This document shows positions 1-9,495 of a DNA stretch of 64,000 nucleotides, piece by piece (the stretch's first letter is position 1; every line of letters starts with the position of its first letter). Below the pieces are notes generated by a model. It made no database searches. It was not told where the DNA came from and saw only the letters and a list, made by a program, of their open reading frames with translations. The stretch comes from an uncultured virus (IMG/VR IMGVR_UViG_3300020183_000016) (lineage: Duplodnaviria > Heunggongvirae > Uroviricota > Caudoviricetes): the IMG/VR virus record IMGVR_UViG_3300020183_000016, positions 1 to 64,000 of that record, one strand, 5' to 3'. The translations under genes and the position numbers were made by a program.

Positions 1-304
1 ATTTTATTTTATCCCCTTCGTATGTACCATTTTCAACATAAGATGTAAAATGAATATTAGGGTATTTTAATTTGGTACCATCATTAAACTCAATAAACGA
101 GTTTCCACTATCACAAGAGTTGTTTAACTTTGGGTTTTGAGAACAAAAACCGAGGTCGGGTTTCCCATATTTCTCTATATAAACTTTAGTTACTATAGGT
201 AATGTATCACCTGTTGATTGTTCCACGATTAATGGTTTTACATCACCGATCGTTGACTCAATTAATTGATAAAATCTTTTCTTATATTCATTAATTGTTC
301 TCAT
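1..304 (-). CDS. Leader-bearing hypothetical protein, 3' end runs off the window (not in ORF track)
   Basis: Manual translation from ATG at 304: MRTINEYKKRFYQLIESTIGDVKPLIVEQSTGDTLP...YEGDKIK, open to base 1. ATATTTATA motif upstream at 328-320. Confidence 0.8.
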   Translation of the reverse strand, partial: MRTINEYKKRFYQLIESTIGDVKPLIVEQSTGDTLPIVTKVYIEKYGKPDLGFCSQNPKLNNSCDSGNSFIEFNDGTKLKYPNIHFTSYVENGTYEGDKIK

Positions 305-381
305 AGTATTTTGTTTAATTATAAATATAAACAATCCGAAAAAAATGTGGTAGAGGGGTTATATAAATTATAATTGTATTA

Positions 382-474
382 CTAATCATTTTTCATTAAT
401 GATTCTAATTGGTTAAAATTGGTACAACTTTCAGGATCCCAACCATTTTCTCTAACATACGGGTTTTCATACAT
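382..474 (-). CDS. Possible 30-aa micro-ORF MYENPYVRENGWDPESCTNFNQLESLMKND
   Basis: Preceded by ATATTTAT (489-482) with the same spacing to ATG as at 52139/52154. Alternative start at 483. Confidence 0.3.
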   Translation of the reverse strand: MYENPYVRENGWDPESCTNFNQLESLMKND

Positions 475-571
475 ATCATCCATAAATATAACTGATATTG
501 GTTTAATATCAGGAATGTATCAATTAGAACCAAAAGTTTTAGGGACGATAACTAAAAATACTATAATTTTA

Positions 572-721
572 TTATTCACCGTATATATCTTTAGGTTTGA
601 GACATTTTTCTTTTATTAATTTTTCTACAAAAGAAAACATCTTTAAACCATTTTGTTCACAATAATCTTTTAAAATTTTATGAGTCATAGGGGTAATTTT
701 TAAATTCTTATCTCTTTTCAT
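572..721 (-). CDS. Small ribbon-helix-helix-like DNA-binding protein (49 aa, not in ORF track)
   Basis: MKRDKNLKITPMTHKILKDYCEQNGLKMFSFVEKLIKEKCLKPKDIYGE: alternating strand NLKI, then helix-G-helix pattern. ATATTTATA 4 nt upstream. Divergent from the sheath gene. Confidence 0.7.
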   Translation of the reverse strand: MKRDKNLKITPMTHKILKDYCEQNGLKMFSFVEKLIKEKCLKPKDIYGE

Positions 722-815
722 ACCATATAAATATGTAAGTATGACAAAAGTAATATAAAAATCATACTAAATTTGTGTTATACAACACAAAAAATATTTT
801 TTCTAAAAAATCAAT

Positions 816-824
816 ATATTTATA
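816..824 (+). promoter_or_regulatory. Putative late promoter motif ATATTTAT(A/T)
   Basis: Same motif upstream of many structural genes (5752, 8853, 9456, 17411, 20829, 31524, 36087, 40369, 42353, 52139, 62427; minus strand 328-320 and 734-726). Confidence 0.6.
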
Positions 825-870
825 TTTAAAGAAATTAATAAATAATAAGATAAAAAATAAATTAAATTAA

Positions 871-3720
871 ATGGCATCAACAGACAGAATTTTTGTGAGT
901 CCTGGAGTTTTTACTTCAGAAAAAGACTTAACATTTGTAACTAGACAGGTTGGGGTTACTACGTTAGGATTATTAGGTGAAACACCTAAAGGTCCAGCGT
1001 TTGAACCAGTTTTCATATCTAATTACGATGAATTCATTAGTTATTTTGGTGGGTTAAATCCCGAAAAATTCAAAGCTAGTGGGTTCAATAAATATGAATT
1101 AAATTACATTGCAAAATCATTCCTAACACAAACTAATCAATTATACGTTAGTAGAATTTTAGGTTTATCGGGATATAAGGCAGGAAATGCATGGTCAATC
1201 ACATTAGATTCTTCTGCAGATCCTTCTACTACAGGTATTACAAATACTACATCGTATGGTGTTTTAATGACATATTCTGCAACTACTGCGGGATTACCAG
1301 TAACTATTACTTTTAATGACCCTAATTTAACTGCTTTATATAATGATAACCAAATTAATGGATTCTTTTCGAATATAGGGTTATTAAATACAGGTGATAC
1401 AATAAATGTAACTACACCTTATTATGTAAAAACAGGATGTAATTTTAGTGGGGCAACATTTGATTTAGAAGTTATTTCAGAAGGTAATGCATCAGCAGGA
1501 TTTGTAACAGGTACTACAAGTGGTACAGTTGTTAGTTATACGGCTAGTTGTTATACAGATATAGATGGTAGTGTTATCGCTACTTTAAGATCTAGAGGAT
1601 TCTACGATGGATTAGAAAATTTAACATATTATGTAACGGGAGTAACTGATACATTAATGACAAATACTTCCAATTTACCATCAAATGCATTGGCTTCATT
1701 TAATATATCTGGTGTTACATACAATGGAGATAACTTCAATTATGAGGTTTCTATGGACAAAACTAAAAAGAATTTCTTACCTAGAGTATTTGGGCAATCT
1801 ACACAAGATAAAGAGACTGAATTATGGGTTGAGGAGATTTATAATAATGTTTTAGAAGATTTAATTAGTGCTAACAAAGTAAGAGGTTTGGATGTATCAT
1901 TCGTTAACATCGATTATACAATCACAAATAACTTAAATAATTATTTAGAAAGTTGGAAAACTGCTGCATCACCTTGGGTTCTTTCAGAAGTAAAAGGTGT
2001 TGGTGTAGGTTCTACATTACAAAGATTATTTAGATTAGTAACAATATCTGATGGTAATACGGCGAATCAAGACGTTAAATTTTCAATTTTAAATATTCAA
2101 CCAGATAACAAAACTTTTGATTTAATTGTTAGAAAATTTAATGATACAGATGCTAATCCTAGTGTTGTCGAGAAATTCTCTTCACTTTCTATGGATAGTG
2201 CTTCTATTGGATTTATTGCTAGAAAAATTGGTACAACAGATGGTGAATTTCCATTAAGAAGTAAATATATAATGGTAGAATTGTGGGATGGAAATGATCC
2301 AGATTTGGCTAACCATTTTCCAGCAGGTTTTGAGGGTGTTTTAAATAGAACTTATATTGGTTCTAATAGAACTGCTTTACCACCAAAAATCGAATATAAA
2401 ACTAAATATTCTGATTTCAATACATCTAAATTAAGAAAAACATATTTAGGTTTAAATAGTGATATTGGGGTAGATCAAGACTTCTTTGATTATAAAGGTT
2501 TAAATGCAGTTAATGATGGTGTTTATACTGGAAAAACAGATGGTTTCCATTTAGATGTTAATGCTACTAACTCTTTAATAGATTTAGGTGATCAAAGTTA
2601 TATCCCAACATTACAGGTAGGTATTTCAGCTTTTACAACTGACGCATCTTTAATCGGTGGTCCTTATGAAAAAGTGGCAGCAAGAAAATTCACTTTTGCA
2701 CCTTTTGGTGGATGGGATGGTTGGGATGAGTATAGAACTAAAAGAACTAACGGAGATTCTTATACTAAGAATGGGACTAAAGGTTCATTAGGTTTAACTA
2801 AAGGGATATTTAATACATTTATCACCTCTGAAGGTGATGATGGAATTACTTCTGACTATTACGCATATTTAAATGGTATTTATACTTATAATAATCCTGA
2901 AGCGGTAAATATAAATGTATTTGCTACACCAGGTATAGATTTAAGAGACAATATCAGTTTGATTGAAAATGCGGTTGATATGGTTGAAACTGATAGAGCA
3001 GATTCACTTTATATTATTACAACACCTGATGTTGACGTAGATGGTGTAGCATTAACTCCAGGTGAAGCAGTCGATATCATTGAGGATTCTGGAATCGATT
3101 CTAACTATTCTGCCACATATTGGCCTTGGTTACAAATGAATGACACAGAAAACAATAGATACGTATGGTTACCACCAACAGTAGAAGTTGTAAGAAACAT
3201 CGCATTAACTGATAACGTAGCATTCCCTTGGTTCGCAGCGGCAGGTTTAAATAGAGGTACAACTACGGCAATTAAAGCTAGAGTTAAACTTAAATTAGAT
3301 GATAGAGATGATCTTTATGAAGGAAGAATTAATCCTATGGCAACATTCTCAGATGTAGGTGTAGTTATATTTGGTAACAAAACATTACAAGTTAGAGAAA
3401 GTGCTCTTAATAGAATTAATGTTAGAAGATTGTTACTACAGGCTAGAAAACTTATATCGGCAGTTTCTATCAGACTACTATTTGAACAAAATGACGATGT
3501 AGTAAGAAATCAATTCCTAAGTTTAGTTAACCCAATATTAGATAATATTAGAAAAGAAAGAGGTTTAACTGACTTTAGAGTAACATTAGATGATACTCCA
3601 GAATCAATAGATAGAAATGAATTAAATGGTAGAATATTTATTAAACCAACAAGATCTTTAGAATATATTTCGATAGAATTTAATATTACTAACACAGGAG
3701 CAAGTTTTGATGATATTTAA
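871..3720 (+). CDS. Contractile tail sheath protein (T4 gp18-like)
   Basis: N-terminal FVSPGVFTSEKD and GETPKGPAFEP. C-terminal YWPW, PWFAAAGLNRG, LYEGRINP, GNKTLQ, RINVRRLL, IKPTRSLEYISIEF sheath motifs. Confidence 0.97.
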   Translation: MASTDRIFVSPGVFTSEKDLTFVTRQVGVTTLGLLGETPKGPAFEPVFISNYDEFISYFGGLNPEKFKASGFNKYELNYIAKSFLTQTNQLYVSRILGLSGYKAGNAWSITLDSSADPSTTGITNTTSYGVLMTYSATTAGLPVTITFNDPNLTALYNDNQINGFFSNIGLLNTGDTINVTTPYYVKTGCNFSGATFDLEVISEGNASAGFVTGTTSGTVVSYTASCYTDIDGSVIATLRSRGFYDGLENLTYYVTGVTDTLMTNTSNLPSNALASFNISGVTYNGDNFNYEVSMDKTKKNFLPRVFGQSTQDKETELWVEEIYNNVLEDLISANKVRGLDVSFVNIDYTITNNLNNYLESWKTAASPWVLSEVKGVGVGSTLQRLFRLVTISDGNTANQDVKFSILNIQPDNKTFDLIVRKFNDTDANPSVVEKFSSLSMDSASIGFIARKIGTTDGEFPLRSKYIMVELWDGNDPDLANHFPAGFEGVLNRTYIGSNRTALPPKIEYKTKYSDFNTSKLRKTYLGLNSDIGVDQDFFDYKGLNAVNDGVYTGKTDGFHLDVNATNSLIDLGDQSYIPTLQVGISAFTTDASLIGGPYEKVAARKFTFAPFGGWDGWDEYRTKRTNGDSYTKNGTKGSLGLTKGIFNTFITSEGDDGITSDYYAYLNGIYTYNNPEAVNINVFATPGIDLRDNISLIENAVDMVETDRADSLYIITTPDVDVDGVALTPGEAVDIIEDSGIDSNYSATYWPWLQMNDTENNRYVWLPPTVEVVRNIALTDNVAFPWFAAAGLNRGTTTAIKARVKLKLDDRDDLYEGRINPMATFSDVGVVIFGNKTLQVRESALNRINVRRLLLQARKLISAVSIRLLFEQNDDVVRNQFLSLVNPILDNIRKERGLTDFRVTLDDTPESIDRNELNGRIFIKPTRSLEYISIEFNITNTGASFDDI

Positions 3721-3740
3721 TTAATAAATAATAACAATAA

Positions 3741-3764
3741 ATTGGGGGGGGTAAATCCCCCAAT
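3741..3764 (+). terminator. GC-rich hairpin after sheath gene (no U-tract on + strand; attenuator or processing stem)
   Basis: ATTGGGGG-ggg-taaat-CCCCCAAT inverted repeat. Confidence 0.5.
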
Positions 3765-3786
3765 AAATAAATTAAAATAAAAAGAG

Positions 3787-4134
3787 ATGAAAATTAGAAA
3801 AAACGGAAAAACGATTACTTTATCTGAATCAGATATGAGAAGAATTGTAAAAAAACTTTTAAGAGAAAGTGTTGACCCAGAAACTGCGGTTCTTGATTGT
3901 ATTAAAGAAAATACAACTTTAACAGATTTGACTGAAATACCTGAAGCGTGTGTAACAATGATTGTTGATAAAGATGTTACTAAAGCATTAGAATGTGGAA
4001 CGAGTATGAATCCAAAAACGGCAAAAATAATTCTTAGTAAAATAGAACCTATTTCTAGATGTGTTGCTGGTAAAATGGGCGGTTCAGATGGAGATAGAGT
4101 TAAAGTACCTGGAACTACTGGAGGTTCATATTAA
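3787..4134 (+). CDS. Leader-bearing small protein (putative head-packaged)
   Basis: ITLSESDMRRIVKKLLRE leader, then a 4-Cys payload. Confidence 0.8.
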   Translation: MKIRKNGKTITLSESDMRRIVKKLLRESVDPETAVLDCIKENTTLTDLTEIPEACVTMIVDKDVTKALECGTSMNPKTAKIILSKIEPISRCVAGKMGGSDGDRVKVPGTTGGSY

Positions 4135-4137
4135 ATA

Positions 4138-4735
4138 AAAAAAATTAAAATAAATTATAAAGATGAAAAGAAGATTAGTTAGATTAACTGAGTCAGATTT
4201 GACTCGAATAGTTCGAAGAGTTATCAAAGAAGAAGACGAAACCGCTCAAGCTGATGAAGTGGTGAAAGATGTTGATGTTGCACAATACTGTTCAGCTAAA
4301 GGAGTACCAGGTTGGGTTACAAAAACATTAAACGCTTTACCTGCCGACAAAAAAGAAGAGGCGATAGAGTTTATCAAAAATTTTGGAAATGCAGTTAGTG
4401 GTAAAAGTGTTAAAGAATTAATTAATCTTAGAAGAGAAATTAAACAACAAAAACAAAAAGCAGAATCTGCAGGAGCAATAAATGAAAATTTGGCCCCTAT
4501 AATTATTGCAGGTGTTTCTATTTCTGCAAGTGTATTAATTGCAATCGCAGCGATTTTATTGATAATTATAATATTTTTAATTGTTAAAAAATCAAGTGGA
4601 AAAAAATACGGTTGTGGTGGTCCAGGTTGGTGGAATGATTTATAAAAAACAATAATTATGAATAATTTACTAAAAAAAATTAAAATAAATTATAAAGATG
4701 AAAAGAAGAGTAGTTAGATTAACTGAATCTGATTT
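4138..4735 (+). repeat. Duplicated 5'UTR+leader cassette (4138-4200 vs 4673-4735)
   Basis: About 63 nt with 3 mismatches by manual alignment; downstream coding sequence unrelated. Confidence 0.9.
4163..4645 (+). CDS. Leader-bearing membrane protein
   Basis: VRLTESDLTRIVRRVIKE leader. Long hydrophobic C-terminal segment after AINE. Confidence 0.85.
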   Translation: MKRRLVRLTESDLTRIVRRVIKEEDETAQADEVVKDVDVAQYCSAKGVPGWVTKTLNALPADKKEEAIEFIKNFGNAVSGKSVKELINLRREIKQQKQKAESAGAINENLAPIIIAGVSISASVLIAIAAILLIIIIFLIVKKSSGKKYGCGGPGWWNDL

Positions 4736-5291
4736 AAGAAGAATAGTTAAAAGAGTAATTAAAGAAGATATGGGTGGCATGGATGATGTACACCCAAGAT
4801 TTGGAAATTTAAATTTATCTGATTATAGTCGAGATGAATTAATGGGTATGAATGACGAAGGGGAATTAAGTAGAGGTGAAGTAATTGAGCTAATTGCTGA
4901 CTTTTTAGAACAAAATGTTTTACCTGAATTAGATCCTACTGAAGTAAGTATTTTACAATCTAAAGTAGATTCTTCTAATGCTAGTAATTTAGCGGAAAGA
5001 TATCTTAGAGAAAATGAAGATTTACCTAGAAATATGGGTGGTAGGAACGCAGAATATATGGAAAAGGCAATGATGGGTGGAGGAGCAGGTTTAGCTTTAA
5101 CAGGTGCAGTATCCGCTTTAGGTTCTTTTATGGGTTGGTCAGAATTTTTGTTAACTCAAAAAATTCATCAGTATGTAGATTCGTTAGGTCTAGGTAACTA
5201 TGCTGGTCCAATATCAGTTGCAATGGTTGCTGCAGGTTTAGCTTTAGTGTTAGGTGGAAGAAACATGAAATACAGAAGAACAGGAATATAA
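4698..5291 (+). CDS. Leader-bearing protein with two Gly/Ala-rich membrane helices
   Basis: VRLTESDLRRIVKRVIKE leader. MMGGGAGLALTGAVSALGSFMG and AGPISVAMVAAGLALVLGG segments. Confidence 0.85.
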   Translation: MKRRVVRLTESDLRRIVKRVIKEDMGGMDDVHPRFGNLNLSDYSRDELMGMNDEGELSRGEVIELIADFLEQNVLPELDPTEVSILQSKVDSSNASNLAERYLRENEDLPRNMGGRNAEYMEKAMMGGGAGLALTGAVSALGSFMGWSEFLLTQKIHQYVDSLGLGNYAGPISVAMVAAGLALVLGGRNMKYRRTGI

Positions 5292-5293
5292 TA

Positions 5294-5320
5294 AAAAACC
5301 CCTATTTTTTAGGGGTTTTT
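5294..5320. terminator. Bidirectional intrinsic terminator between convergent genes
   Basis: AAAAACCCCT-attttt-AGGGGTTTTT. Confidence 0.85.
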
Positions 5321-5640
5321 CTTTGTTCTTTGTATGATTCTAATATTTTAATTATTTCATCTACCTCAACTTTATCTTTGTCACTTACCATTTTCCAGTT
5401 TTTTTTCTCATAAAGGTATTTCCAAAAAATAAAAAAATGTGACAATATTATTAAAGATAAAGTAAATAAATTTATTTTACATATTATAAAATAAGGTATC
5501 AATAAAAATAATAATGTTATAATAAAATTAAAATTTTTTGAATTAGATAAAGACAAAAATTTATAATTTAAAATTACTCTTCTAAGTTTGGAATCAGAAA
5601 CATTTTTATAAAGTTCTGCCTCTTTTTGTATTTTAGTCAT
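5302..5640 (-). CDS. Small two-TM membrane protein (start revised to ATG 5640)
   Basis: MTKIQKEAELY... with two hydrophobic stretches. Host-type promoter immediately upstream. Confidence 0.75.
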   Translation of the reverse strand: MTKIQKEAELYKNVSDSKLRRVILNYKFLSLSNSKNFNFIITLLFLLIPYFIICKINLFTLSLIILSHFFIFWKYLYEKKNWKMVSDKDKVEVDEIIKILESYKEQRKTPKK

Positions 5641-5655
5641 AAGATTTATGTTATA

Positions 5656-5686
5656 CAAATATATAATTATATTTTTAATAAACAAA
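5656..5686 (-). promoter_or_regulatory. Bacteroidota housekeeping-sigma promoter TTTG-N19-TATATTTG
   Basis: Reverse complement of CAAATATA (5656-5663) and CAAA (5683-5686) matches the -7 TAnnTTTG / -33 TTTG consensus. Confidence 0.75.
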
Positions 5687-5713
5687 ATTTTTAACAAAAA
5701 TTTTAAATTTTTT

Positions 5714-5740
5714 AAAACCCAATTTAAAGTTGGGTTTTTT
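5714..5740 (+). terminator. Intrinsic terminator hairpin
   Basis: AAAACCCAA-tttaaag-TTGGGTTTT followed by T-run. Confidence 0.75.
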
Positions 5741-5763
5741 ATTTTATTTAAATATTTATAAAT

Positions 5764-8700
5764 ATGAATAGATTATTTTCAGAAAAAGAAATTAAAAAAA
5801 TTAAAGAATTTATTTATAAAAAACCTTTAAATGAACAGCGATGGTTGGATGATGTTATTGATTCTGCCAAAAATTTAGATACTAGTAAAAATATTTTTAA
5901 GAATATACCTGATATAAAAATTAATTTAAAAGGTGCTGGTAAAAGTTTTAATGATTTTATAGACTTAGGAAATTTAATTTTTAAAAAATTAGAAATAGAA
6001 TCACTAATAACTAAATCAGAATTTACTACATTTAGGAAAAACTGGGATGATACTATTAAAGATTTAACTTTAAAAAATATAAAGACAAAAGATATTTCTG
6101 GAACCGATTTAATTAATTTTGTGAAAGGAAAAGAATTATCTGGTGAAAATTTAAAAAAAATAAACACTGATGATTTAGAATATCTTGTTAGTTTACAAGT
6201 ATTAAATAGGCAAATGATTACTAAAATAGATGATATCGAAAGTAATTTTAACAAATTATTCGCAGAAAAATTAAATGAATATATTAGAATTAATGGTGAA
6301 GAAGGTTTTAAACAATTAAAAAGTGATTTAGGATCAGGTAAAAAAACTTCGGAAGAAGTTTGGCAGATTTTGAAAAACCCAACAAAAAAAGAAAAGGATT
6401 TACCTAAAAGTGAAATCCCTAAAAATGATCCTCAACAAATTGTGGGACTTAAATTATCAGATATCCCAAAAGATGAATATGACATTATAGACGCTTCTTT
6501 TAAAAAATATGGTTTTGATAAAGATTGGGGGTTTGATCCAGATACAGGAGAACCAATTTATGTGACATTACAAATAAATGGACAAAATGTAAAATTTTCT
6601 TTAAACAAACAAGGACCAGAAGAGCTAGATTTTATAAAAATAAGAGATGATAAATTAGAAGATTTATACAGATCTGAATTCGATAAGACTTTTGAAAACA
6701 TGGAATGGTATCAAATACCATCTATAATGGATTGGATTAAAAATCAAAAAATATTAAAAGATCCAAATTTAAGAAGTAAATATTTAAAAAGATATGATGT
6801 TCCATTTGGTGTAAAAATGTATGTAAATGATATAAATGGTAATTTTGGGCAATGGGTTATAGTTAACCCAACCGCAATTGCTGATTATAGGAAACCAAAA
6901 AATTTAGAAGATTTAAAAAATAGTATATTTCATGTAATTTATCATGAATTAACTCATGTTTTACAAAATAATCAAACTAGTATACATGGTAATTACACAT
7001 ATAAATCGGGTTATTTTAAAGATGGTAATGAAGCTTGGGGTTATTTAACTGGTAAAAGAGAAATGTCACCGACTAAAGAAATAGAAATTGATGATTTTGA
7101 TTTTTGGGTGTGGCAAAGAGACGATATAAACAATTTGGAATCTGAAGTTAGAAAATTTGGTGCGGAAAAAAATATAGATACCAGTAAAGACTATACATGG
7201 ATAGAAGATTTTAAAACATGGGCAAAAGATAATAAAATTGTTCCTGAAAAATATATTAAAAAAGTTACCAAAAAAGTTGTTACATCTAAATTTAATACAA
7301 ATTTATTTGGTGATGATGTTAAAGTTAAAGCTATAAAACTTTCTTTAGATGACTGGTCAAATTTTAACGATGAATATAAAAAAATAAAACAAAAAACTGA
7401 TAATTTAGATGATGCTAAATTTTTAAAGTTTATTGAGAATAACTTAAACATTAGAGAGATAGAAAGAATTGTTATGGACGCATCTAAAGAATTAAGTTAT
7501 TGGTCTCATGTTCAGGAAATTGAGGCTGAATTTACTGCCAGTATTAAAAATATATTAGAATTAGGTACATTAGAAAAAAATAAAGGATTTGCCACATTTT
7601 TAGTAGACTATTTAAGGGGTACAGATAAATCACAAAAATTAGTGGACATTGATCTACAAAGAATCAAAAATTCTATAAATATAGAAGAACCTAAACCTAG
7701 AGATTTAAATAATTTAGAAAAAATAAAAGAATTTTTTAAAAAATACATAGATAAATTTTTAAATAAAAATATTACTGATGAGGTAAAATTAGAAAAAGAA
7801 ATATCGAGTGTAGATAGTTGGGTTAATAATATACCTAAAGATTTTTTTGAAGTACTGGGTAAATTAGAAAGAAAATGGAAAAAAATATATCCAGAACAAG
7901 CAAAAAAAATGGAAAAGGGTTTATATAGACAGGCATATAATTTAATTTCTAGTGGATTTCCTGCATTGTTACCATTTATTGCTAGTGGTTTATCAGATGA
8001 TGAAACAGAAGAAACTAAAAACGAATCAATTATCTATAAAAAAAGTTATTTAACAGAGTCATTGAAAAAAACTTATTCTTTTGATTGGGATGATAATATA
8101 TTAAAAATGCCAACAAGAATTCATTTAGATTACAAGGTAGGTGGGATATATTGGGTACCAGTTTCAGTATCAACGGAACAATTTAGATCTATTAGACATA
8201 AATTAGGTTCGGAATTTAGATATAAAAATGATAATATAAATGATGCATTTAAAGATTTTAGAAATTATGATTCTTTTATTAAAGACGTTAATTACGCATT
8301 AGATAGAAGAGATTATGCACCTAGTTTTAATGATTTTAAAGAAGCGTTAATTAATGGTGAAGATTTTTCTATTATAACTGCCAGATCGAATTCACCTAAA
8401 TCTTTAATAGATGGTATTAAAATAATTATAGATAAAAATTTTTCATATGGCAATAAAAAACAAATGGAAAAAAATCTTAAAGGTATATCTATAGAAGAAT
8501 ATCTTAGTTTACAAGATTATCATCCAGTTTCATCAAAAGAATTTTTAGATAATTTTAATTTAGATACTACTGAAAGTAAACCTGAAAAAGGAAAAGAGGT
8601 TGCGTTCGAAAACTTTGTTGATAGGGTAGTAAAACAAATAGACGGTATAATAGATAATCCTAATTTTGAGGGTATTAGTGTTGGTTATAGTGATGATGAT

Positions 8701-8835
8701 TTAAGTAATTTAGAAATAATTGAGAATTTAATTAGAGAAAAATTAATTATAAAATACCCAAATATACAATTTAATATATTTGATACCTCTGACCCAAATA
8801 ACCCTAAAAAGAAAAGAATTATTATTAAAAAATAA
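5764..8835 (+). CDS. Multidomain leader-bearing protein: zincin (HExxH) domain plus C-terminal HAD-family phosphatase
   Basis: Leader ...KKPLNEQ; YHELTH and downstream YWSHVQEIEAE. After SYLTES: FDWDDN (HAD motif I), IITAR (II), K (III), GYSDDD (IV). Confidence 0.8.
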   Translation: MNRLFSEKEIKKIKEFIYKKPLNEQRWLDDVIDSAKNLDTSKNIFKNIPDIKINLKGAGKSFNDFIDLGNLIFKKLEIESLITKSEFTTFRKNWDDTIKDLTLKNIKTKDISGTDLINFVKGKELSGENLKKINTDDLEYLVSLQVLNRQMITKIDDIESNFNKLFAEKLNEYIRINGEEGFKQLKSDLGSGKKTSEEVWQILKNPTKKEKDLPKSEIPKNDPQQIVGLKLSDIPKDEYDIIDASFKKYGFDKDWGFDPDTGEPIYVTLQINGQNVKFSLNKQGPEELDFIKIRDDKLEDLYRSEFDKTFENMEWYQIPSIMDWIKNQKILKDPNLRSKYLKRYDVPFGVKMYVNDINGNFGQWVIVNPTAIADYRKPKNLEDLKNSIFHVIYHELTHVLQNNQTSIHGNYTYKSGYFKDGNEAWGYLTGKREMSPTKEIEIDDFDFWVWQRDDINNLESEVRKFGAEKNIDTSKDYTWIEDFKTWAKDNKIVPEKYIKKVTKKVVTSKFNTNLFGDDVKVKAIKLSLDDWSNFNDEYKKIKQKTDNLDDAKFLKFIENNLNIREIERIVMDASKELSYWSHVQEIEAEFTASIKNILELGTLEKNKGFATFLVDYLRGTDKSQKLVDIDLQRIKNSINIEEPKPRDLNNLEKIKEFFKKYIDKFLNKNITDEVKLEKEISSVDSWVNNIPKDFFEVLGKLERKWKKIYPEQAKKMEKGLYRQAYNLISSGFPALLPFIASGLSDDETEETKNESIIYKKSYLTESLKKTYSFDWDDNILKMPTRIHLDYKVGGIYWVPVSVSTEQFRSIRHKLGSEFRYKNDNINDAFKDFRNYDSFIKDVNYALDRRDYAPSFNDFKEALINGEDFSIITARSNSPKSLIDGIKIIIDKNFSYGNKKQMEKNLKGISIEEYLSLQDYHPVSSKEFLDNFNLDTTESKPEKGKEVAFENFVDRVVKQIDGIIDNPNFEGISVGYSDDDLSNLEIIENLIREKLIIKYPNIQFNIFDTSDPNNPKKKRIIIKK

Positions 8836-8905
8836 ATTTTTTTAAAAATACAATATTTATATAATAAATAATACAACTAATAAAAAAAATTAAAAAAAAA
8901 TTAAG

Positions 8906-9394
8906 ATGGCTGATTTATTAATGAGAATGCCTGTTCCTTACGAACCACTAAGAAAGAATAGGTTTATTTTGAGATTTCCAGATGAATTGGGGATTCAAGA
9001 ATGGTGGGTATCTACAACTAGCCGACCAAAATATACGAGTTCAGAGGTGGAGATACCTTTTTTAAATACTTCTACATATGTAATAGGTAGATTTAACTGG
9101 GAATCAATCTCTGTGACATTTAGAGATCCAATCGGACCTTCCGCTACACAAGCGTTAATGGAATGGATTCGTTTACACTCTGAATCAGTAACAGGTAGAC
9201 AAGGTTATGCTGCAGGTTACAAAAAAGATGTAGAATTGGAAATGTTGGACCCAACAGGTGTAGTAGTTCAAAAATGGATATTACAAAGTACTCAGTTAAA
9301 TGATGTGGACTTTGGTTCATTAGATTACTCTTCTTCTGATTTGGCAGATATTACGGCAACGCTTCGTTTTGATAGAGCGATTAACGTATTCTAA
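8906..9394 (+). CDS. Tail tube protein (T4 gp19-like)
   Basis: YEPLRKNRF, GRFNWESISVTFRDPIG, EWIR, YKKDVELEMLDPTG, LDYSS, LRFD; size and position fit. Confidence 0.93.
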   Translation: MADLLMRMPVPYEPLRKNRFILRFPDELGIQEWWVSTTSRPKYTSSEVEIPFLNTSTYVIGRFNWESISVTFRDPIGPSATQALMEWIRLHSESVTGRQGYAAGYKKDVELEMLDPTGVVVQKWILQSTQLNDVDFGSLDYSSSDLADITATLRFDRAINVF

Positions 9395-9418
9395 AATATT
9401 TTAAAAAGAATTATAATT

Positions 9419-9444
9419 AATCCCATCATTAGGTGGGATTTTTT
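9419..9444 (+). terminator. Intrinsic terminator after tail tube
   Basis: AATCCCAT...GTGGGATT followed by T-run. Confidence 0.85.
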
Positions 9445-9495
9445 ATTTTTATCTAATATTTATTTATTAGAATAATTGTATATAATAAAAAAAAT

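Noticed and set aside
419..619. + strand 66-aa ORF
   Set aside because: Non-ATG start and overlap with better-supported minus-strand ORFs.
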